A DNA stretch of 60,451 nt, taken from positions 1-60,451 of the forward strand of contig DAORGN010000004.1 of assembly GCA_035340095.1 (NCBI GenBank). The letters are read 5' to 3'. Shown here piece by piece: positions 55,856 to 60,451 of the stretch (positions are counted from its first letter, which is position 1; each line of letters starts with the position of its first letter). This DNA is from Pseudomonadota bacterium. Lineage in GTDB: Bacteria > Myxococcota_A > Polyangia > Palsa-1104 > JAEUJZ01. Made by a program: the position numbers and the translations under genes. The notes under the pieces are model-generated. The model ran no database searches. It had not been told where the DNA came from and saw nothing but the letters and a program-made list of their open reading frames with translations.

Positions 55856-56470
55856 ATGAAAATCGCGCGCACAATTGTCCTCTTTCTGCTGTTAGGAATC
55901 GCATTGCTGGTGGTCTCTGTAAGACTCCTAACCCCGTGGATGGATCGCTACGGGTCCACCGATGAGGAAGTCCGCGCAAGCTACGCCGGCGACGATCTTG
56001 TGCCGTTCCCTCGCAGCTTTGTAAACCATGCAGTCACCATCTTCCAAAGCCCCGATCAGGTCTTCCCATGGCTCCTTCAGCTTGGCGCCGACAAAGGCGG
56101 TCTGTATAGCTATACGAAGATTGAAAGACTGCTCGGCTGTCCGCTCACCAACGCCGATCGCATCCATCCTGAATGGCAAAATTTGGCTGTTGGTGATCTG
56201 GTGAAAATGTGTCCTCATGATCCCGCGCCACCACCGTATATCGTCGCACAGATCATTCCCAATCGAGCGCTGGTGCTAGGACACAAGGAAAACGGAAACT
56301 GGGTCGACTTGTGGCAGTTTGTCCTTGCTCCGACCAAAGAAGGAAACACCAGACTGATTCTGCGCACGCGCACGATGATGGTAGGAGGCATGTGGGATGT
56401 CATTCACCCAGGTGTATTCCTCATGGAAAGAGGACTCCTTTTGGGCGTGAAGGAACGTGCGGAAAAGTGA
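55856..56470 (+). CDS. conserved hypothetical protein (SRPBCC-like)
   Basis: N-terminal TM, GSTDEEV...GDDLVP, VFPWLLQLG...GGLYSY, MERGLLLGVKERAE; GGAG SD. Confidence 0.7.
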   Translation: MKIARTIVLFLLLGIALLVVSVRLLTPWMDRYGSTDEEVRASYAGDDLVPFPRSFVNHAVTIFQSPDQVFPWLLQLGADKGGLYSYTKIERLLGCPLTNADRIHPEWQNLAVGDLVKMCPHDPAPPPYIVAQIIPNRALVLGHKENGNWVDLWQFVLAPTKEGNTRLILRTRTMMVGGMWDVIHPGVFLMERGLLLGVKERAEK

Positions 56471-56531
56471 ATTTCTGTCGATGCAAGCGCGTTGCCCTAA
56501 ACATCTGCAAGTTGTCAGGTATCCTTTTCAC

Positions 56532-57461
56532 ATGCCCAGCGTTTTGTTTTCCGCAGTGCGACGTTATGTGATCGCTCTTTTCTTTCTGTCGGCAGCGACG
56601 GCAAAAGCCGACCCAATTCCCGAATCAGCCAAGCGAATCCGTGGACAGGTGACAAGTCTGCAAGGCGCCCCGATGGCCGGTGTGGAAGTCCGCGCGCAAG
56701 ACGGGGGATCGCAACTGCTGGGATCGAGCAAAACCGATGCGCAGGGAACGTTCCAGATTCCGCTTCCGCAGCCGGCTGCTGATGTCACATTGGTCGTCGA
56801 AGCCAGCGGCTACCGACGCTTCGCACGGAGTGGTTTTGTACCCGACGGACAGAGCAAGTCCATCCAGCTTGGCCGCACGATCGATGCGCAATACCTGAGC
56901 AGCTTGCTAAAAGAAACGGATCCCAATCGATTTCACGCGCAGGCCGCCGACCTCCTGAATCCGGCACCGGGCACGACGGGGGAAGGTCGACCCCAGGAAA
57001 TCCTGCTGCCGTTTCTGACCCCGCTGTGTGCGCGGCTGCGGCCTCTCGTAACTGGAAAGGAATCACAGCTCAAAGAGCGCACACTTGCCGCGGAACCGAG
57101 CGCGGTGATGCAAATCCTGGCTTACTGTTCTGAACCAGTCGACGACTCCCTGATTGATGCGTGGCGTACCGGATCCGGGAGCTTTGCAGCGCGTCCCAAG
57201 ATCCCGTGCCAGAGCGAAACGCTCGACGGTGCGATCCAAAAGTGGCAGGCGCTGCATCTCCAAAACGAAGGAATCCGTCCCGGCGCGGAGCCGCCCATGC
57301 AGATCCGCAAACAGACATCGCCAAGCAATGACCGCGCGCTGGTTTCGGTGTCGGTCGAGTATGCGCACTGGGGCTATCGGAATACGCTCGTGCTTGTACG
57401 AAAGAAAAATCTGTGGGTCGTTCGTTTGGTGCTCAGCGATGAAATCTGGCACGGCACCTGA
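56532..57461 (+). CDS. secreted protein with carboxypeptidase-regulatory-like domain
   Basis: Signal peptide, IRGQVTSLQGAPMAGVEV...TDAQGTFQI...VEASGY. Confidence 0.75.
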   Translation: MPSVLFSAVRRYVIALFFLSAATAKADPIPESAKRIRGQVTSLQGAPMAGVEVRAQDGGSQLLGSSKTDAQGTFQIPLPQPAADVTLVVEASGYRRFARSGFVPDGQSKSIQLGRTIDAQYLSSLLKETDPNRFHAQAADLLNPAPGTTGEGRPQEILLPFLTPLCARLRPLVTGKESQLKERTLAAEPSAVMQILAYCSEPVDDSLIDAWRTGSGSFAARPKIPCQSETLDGAIQKWQALHLQNEGIRPGAEPPMQIRKQTSPSNDRALVSVSVEYAHWGYRNTLVLVRKKNLWVVRLVLSDEIWHGT

Positions 57462-57654
57462 CCCCACACGCCCATTCCTTTCCGTTCAGAAAGAACCCGC
57501 GCAAACGGGTCGCACTGGCGTTGTCCGGGGCGGGGAGCGCTTGCTTTTGCGGCGCGACAAACCGTATCCTAAACGTCTAGCATTGTGGCTTCGTTGCCGT
57601 CGCTAGCGTCTTTGGCCATCCCATCGTCAGGCACATTGGTACGGAGGTCGGTAG

Positions 57655-58629
57655 ATGTTCGAGTCCCCTAGCAAGTCGGCCAGTCGCCCACTTCCCGCCG
57701 CACTGAGCGCTCCGACCGCCGCAAAAACCCGCGCGCCACAGCCACAAGCCCCAGTCAGCCCGGCGATGCAGCCAGCCGCGAAGGGAATGCCCGCACCGGG
57801 TGCCATCGAAAAAGCGCTCGGACATTGGGCCGAACCAAGCGCCGCCGCCAAAACCGCACTTCCGCAAAGGCCCGCTGCAGCTGCGCTCACGTCCGGAGCC
57901 GCTGCATCGCCTGGGTTTATGAAGTTTGCTGCCGGAAATCTCAAGCAGGGCCGGATTCCATTCCCACAGGAAGGTGGCGGTCCAGACTGTCAGGGGCCGC
58001 CCGAACTGGGTACGCTGTCGGCGCGTTACGAAAGCAACGGAGATCCTGGCACCGTATCGACGGGAAATGGTGACATTGGCGGGGTTTCCTATGGTTCCTA
58101 CCAAATGAGCACGGCCAGCGGCAGCGCCGGGCAGTTTGTGTCGGGCAGCCCCTATGCCAACGAATTTTCCGGGCTTCAGCCGGGCACACCGGCATTTAGC
58201 GACAAGTGGCGCGACATCGCGACGCGCGACCCTGCCGGATTTCAAGCCGCCCAGCATGAGTACATCAAGGAAAACTACTACGACGTGCAGTCCGGTCGAC
58301 TGACGCAGGACATCGGACTCGACCCAAACAAGCACAGCAACGCGCTGCAACAAGTCATCTGGTCGACATCGGTGCAGCATGGTGCGTACTCCGACATCGT
58401 CGAAGATGCGCTCGCGGGGCGCGATGTTGGCAAGATGAACGACACCGACCTGATAAACGCCATCTATGCAGAGCGCGGACGCACCGACGAAAACGGAACC
58501 CTGGTTCACTTCCGTGACAGCTCTTGGGATGTGCAGCAAGGCGTTGCAAACCGCTTCCGCAACGAAAACACCGATGCACTCGGAATGCTCGCGAACGAGC
58601 AGACGTGTGCCCCACCGCAAAATCCGTAA
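57655..58629 (+). CDS. putative peptidoglycan hydrolase with VgrG3-C-terminal-like (lysozyme-like) domain and low-complexity N-terminus
   Basis: LGTLSARYESNG..GTVSTGNGDIGGVSYGSYQM, FSDKWRDIA, QHEYIKENYYD, VIWSTSVQHG, AIYAER, NRFRNE; GGAGG SD. Confidence 0.75.
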   Translation: MFESPSKSASRPLPAALSAPTAAKTRAPQPQAPVSPAMQPAAKGMPAPGAIEKALGHWAEPSAAAKTALPQRPAAAALTSGAAASPGFMKFAAGNLKQGRIPFPQEGGGPDCQGPPELGTLSARYESNGDPGTVSTGNGDIGGVSYGSYQMSTASGSAGQFVSGSPYANEFSGLQPGTPAFSDKWRDIATRDPAGFQAAQHEYIKENYYDVQSGRLTQDIGLDPNKHSNALQQVIWSTSVQHGAYSDIVEDALAGRDVGKMNDTDLINAIYAERGRTDENGTLVHFRDSSWDVQQGVANRFRNENTDALGMLANEQTCAPPQNP

Positions 58630-58677
58630 TCCGGAAACGGAAGCCGAAGCGATGCGGAATGTTTCAGCGCCGCGGCG

Positions 58678-59739
58678 TTAGGGCACACAGAAGCGCGGAT
58701 TGAAGACGCGCGCCGGATCGGAAGTGTTGTCACACTCGAGCGCCGCAGGAGGCCCCATGTCCACGGGCGAGTCTGACACCACCGCGCGGATCGCTTCACT
58801 GCCATCCGACCAAGTTCCCATGTAACTCAAATCCGCGTCGCAGTGTTTGCCCGCACGCGCACAGTCGCCCAGCGCTTGGTAGTTGCGATAGACGCCGTAA
58901 AAATCAAGATGGTCGTGCGGCAGCCAGCTCAAATCCCAGGTCACGGGTGTGAAGTGGTCGGCGACTGTGCCTTTGTCGCTGCGGATTTGAATGTGGTCTT
59001 TTTGGCTTGCAGCAATGTCAAACGCCGAAAATGCGTCGATGCCAACCCGATGGTCTGCTTTGGTGTCTGCATCGTAGGCGATGACCTGCACGCGCGCGTT
59101 TTTGGGCAAGTGAATCGGCCCTGTCAAAGGCACCCAAAACAGCCATGCCGTGGCGTTCATCGAAAGCCACAGCGACGAGCTTCCCCAGCCACGCGCCGCC
59201 GCTTTGTTCGAAAGCCAAGGCAGCATTCCCGCACCATAGGAATGGCCCCAGATTCCGATGTTGGCCAAGTCCATGCGGTTGCCGCTCACGAAATTTAGCC
59301 AGCCAGCGCCGTAGCGAAAGCCCTCGTCGACCTGTGGATAGACAATGCTCGGCGCGTACATCAGCGTGTAATTGACGTACACCACCATGTAGCCGTTGCT
59401 CACCATGTCATCGATCAGATGCTGGTACGCTTCCGGAATCAGGGCGCTAAAACCCGCGGCAATGAACACCACAGGGCGCGTCTTGTCATTGCAAGTTCCG
59501 CCGGTGCGGGGTGTGCCGCTGCCGGTCGGTTGAAACAGCCACACCTTTTGCCCCAGGCTGGCAAAACCACTCGGTGTCGATCCTTTGCTACAGGGTCCGG
59601 GCCCACCGAGCTGTCCCATCGCTGGTTGCGCGGGAGGAGCAGGGTCCGCAGCATACGCAGACGGCACAGAGACAGCGCCAAGCACAGAAGCCACTACATA
59701 ACTTGCCAGCGCGACACAGGCAGACGTTCTGCGCATCAT
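58678..59739 (-). CDS. secreted alpha/beta-hydrolase (lipase/cutinase/chlorophyllase-like)
   Basis: Signal peptide, RPVVFIAAGF, NGYMVVY, IGIWGHSYGAG (GxSxG), candidate Asp (DTKAD) and His (ADHFTP). Confidence 0.8.
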   Translation of the reverse strand: MMRRTSACVALASYVVASVLGAVSVPSAYAADPAPPAQPAMGQLGGPGPCSKGSTPSGFASLGQKVWLFQPTGSGTPRTGGTCNDKTRPVVFIAAGFSALIPEAYQHLIDDMVSNGYMVVYVNYTLMYAPSIVYPQVDEGFRYGAGWLNFVSGNRMDLANIGIWGHSYGAGMLPWLSNKAAARGWGSSSLWLSMNATAWLFWVPLTGPIHLPKNARVQVIAYDADTKADHRVGIDAFSAFDIAASQKDHIQIRSDKGTVADHFTPVTWDLSWLPHDHLDFYGVYRNYQALGDCARAGKHCDADLSYMGTWSDGSEAIRAVVSDSPVDMGPPAALECDNTSDPARVFNPRFCVP

Positions 59740-59767
59740 GATGATCTCCCAGCGAGCGTTGTTTCAG

Positions 59768-60286
59768 CTACTGCGCCGAAGTCCCGCGAATTTCGACGAT
59801 CGGAGGATGATTCAGGTTCACCCACGCGGCGATGTCATGAATGTCTTCGGCCCGGTTGACTGCGATACAACCACGGGTCCAGTCGCGAAAGTTGAGCAGT
59901 CCGCCCAGCCAACCAAAGCCCCGCTTGGGACCATGAATGCCGACGCTGCCTCCGGTGTAACCAGCTTGCCGCTGCGCCGCGGTCGGATAACCAATCGGAA
60001 TGAAGATCACAAAATCAGTCGATGCACGCGGCATTCCCAGCGCATAGGAACCAAGCGGTGTCCGGTTGTCTCCTTCCTTCTGTTTGCCGACGCCACCGCG
60101 TCCGATTGACACCGAATACGACTGATCGACTTTGTCATCTTTGCACAACGCCAGACGGTGAAAATCCGTGCGGATCACCACCGCGTTTTTCAGCCCTTTG
60201 CAGTCATCTGTCGCCGTCGCTGCACAGGCCGTTCCACACATCAACATCGCAAGTGTCGCCACGGTCGACAAACAAATCCGCGTCAT
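59768..60286 (-). CDS. L,D-transpeptidase (YkuD) family protein
   Basis: Signal peptide, KQKEGDNRTPLG, SVGIHGP...WTRGCIAV (catalytic His/Cys). Confidence 0.9.
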   Translation of the reverse strand: MTRICLSTVATLAMLMCGTACAATATDDCKGLKNAVVIRTDFHRLALCKDDKVDQSYSVSIGRGGVGKQKEGDNRTPLGSYALGMPRASTDFVIFIPIGYPTAAQRQAGYTGGSVGIHGPKRGFGWLGGLLNFRDWTRGCIAVNRAEDIHDIAAWVNLNHPPIVEIRGTSAQ

Positions 60287-60451
60287 GGTGGCGCAAGCCT
60301 AACACGACCCGATTTGTCTAGCCTTCGCCAACCCCCTTTTCACGAATCGCCCCCACGGAGATTCGGCGGCGTAACCGAAACCAGCGTGATGGCGCTCTCG
60401 GGACAAGCGACGACGCAGAGTCCGCAGGCTCGACAGTCCTTTGCATTGGGA

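Noticed and set aside
60389-60451. Possible ORF start (ATG GCG CTC TCG...) at the window end
   Set aside because: Only 21 codons are visible and there is no clear SD.

Overview
The window is gene-dense, GC-rich bacterial chromosome, most likely from a myxobacterium (Myxococcota, Polyangia-like). This is inferred from two Hanks-type Ser/Thr kinases, a DUF507 gene, many orphan lipoproteins with low-complexity linkers and TPR/FG-GAP/YXWGXW proteins. It holds about 55 CDS and two tRNAs (Leu-TAG, Lys-CTT). I found no integrase, transposase, rRNA or CRISPR array. Recognisable genes include a PhoB-like regulator (truncated), rtcA, a class III adenylate cyclase, an Smr nuclease, infA, bcp, a DsbA-like protein, pspA, a pncA-pncB-nadE NAD salvage operon, an ABC-F protein, a CreD/CreB/CreC-like operon, folE, an S1-like paralog and an L,D-transpeptidase. 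The best leads are: (1) a coupled PhnD-fold binding protein plus TatT/TPR lipoprotein resembling BstB/BstC sterol or lipid transport proteins, with no permease; (2) an orphan VgrG3-C-like peptidoglycan hydrolase with a disordered leader and no signal peptide; (3) a coupled PPIase-HupE/UreJ-DUF3604-hydrolase operon facing an N-terminal-His/EF-hand protein; (4) a receptor kinase with a poly-(Q/M) tract inside the cell and a KEPKE repeat outside; (5) a recurring TANNNT-N6/7-start pattern suggesting leaderless mRNAs; and (6) small ORFs missed by the ORF track. All family assignments come from motif recognition by eye, not from database searches.
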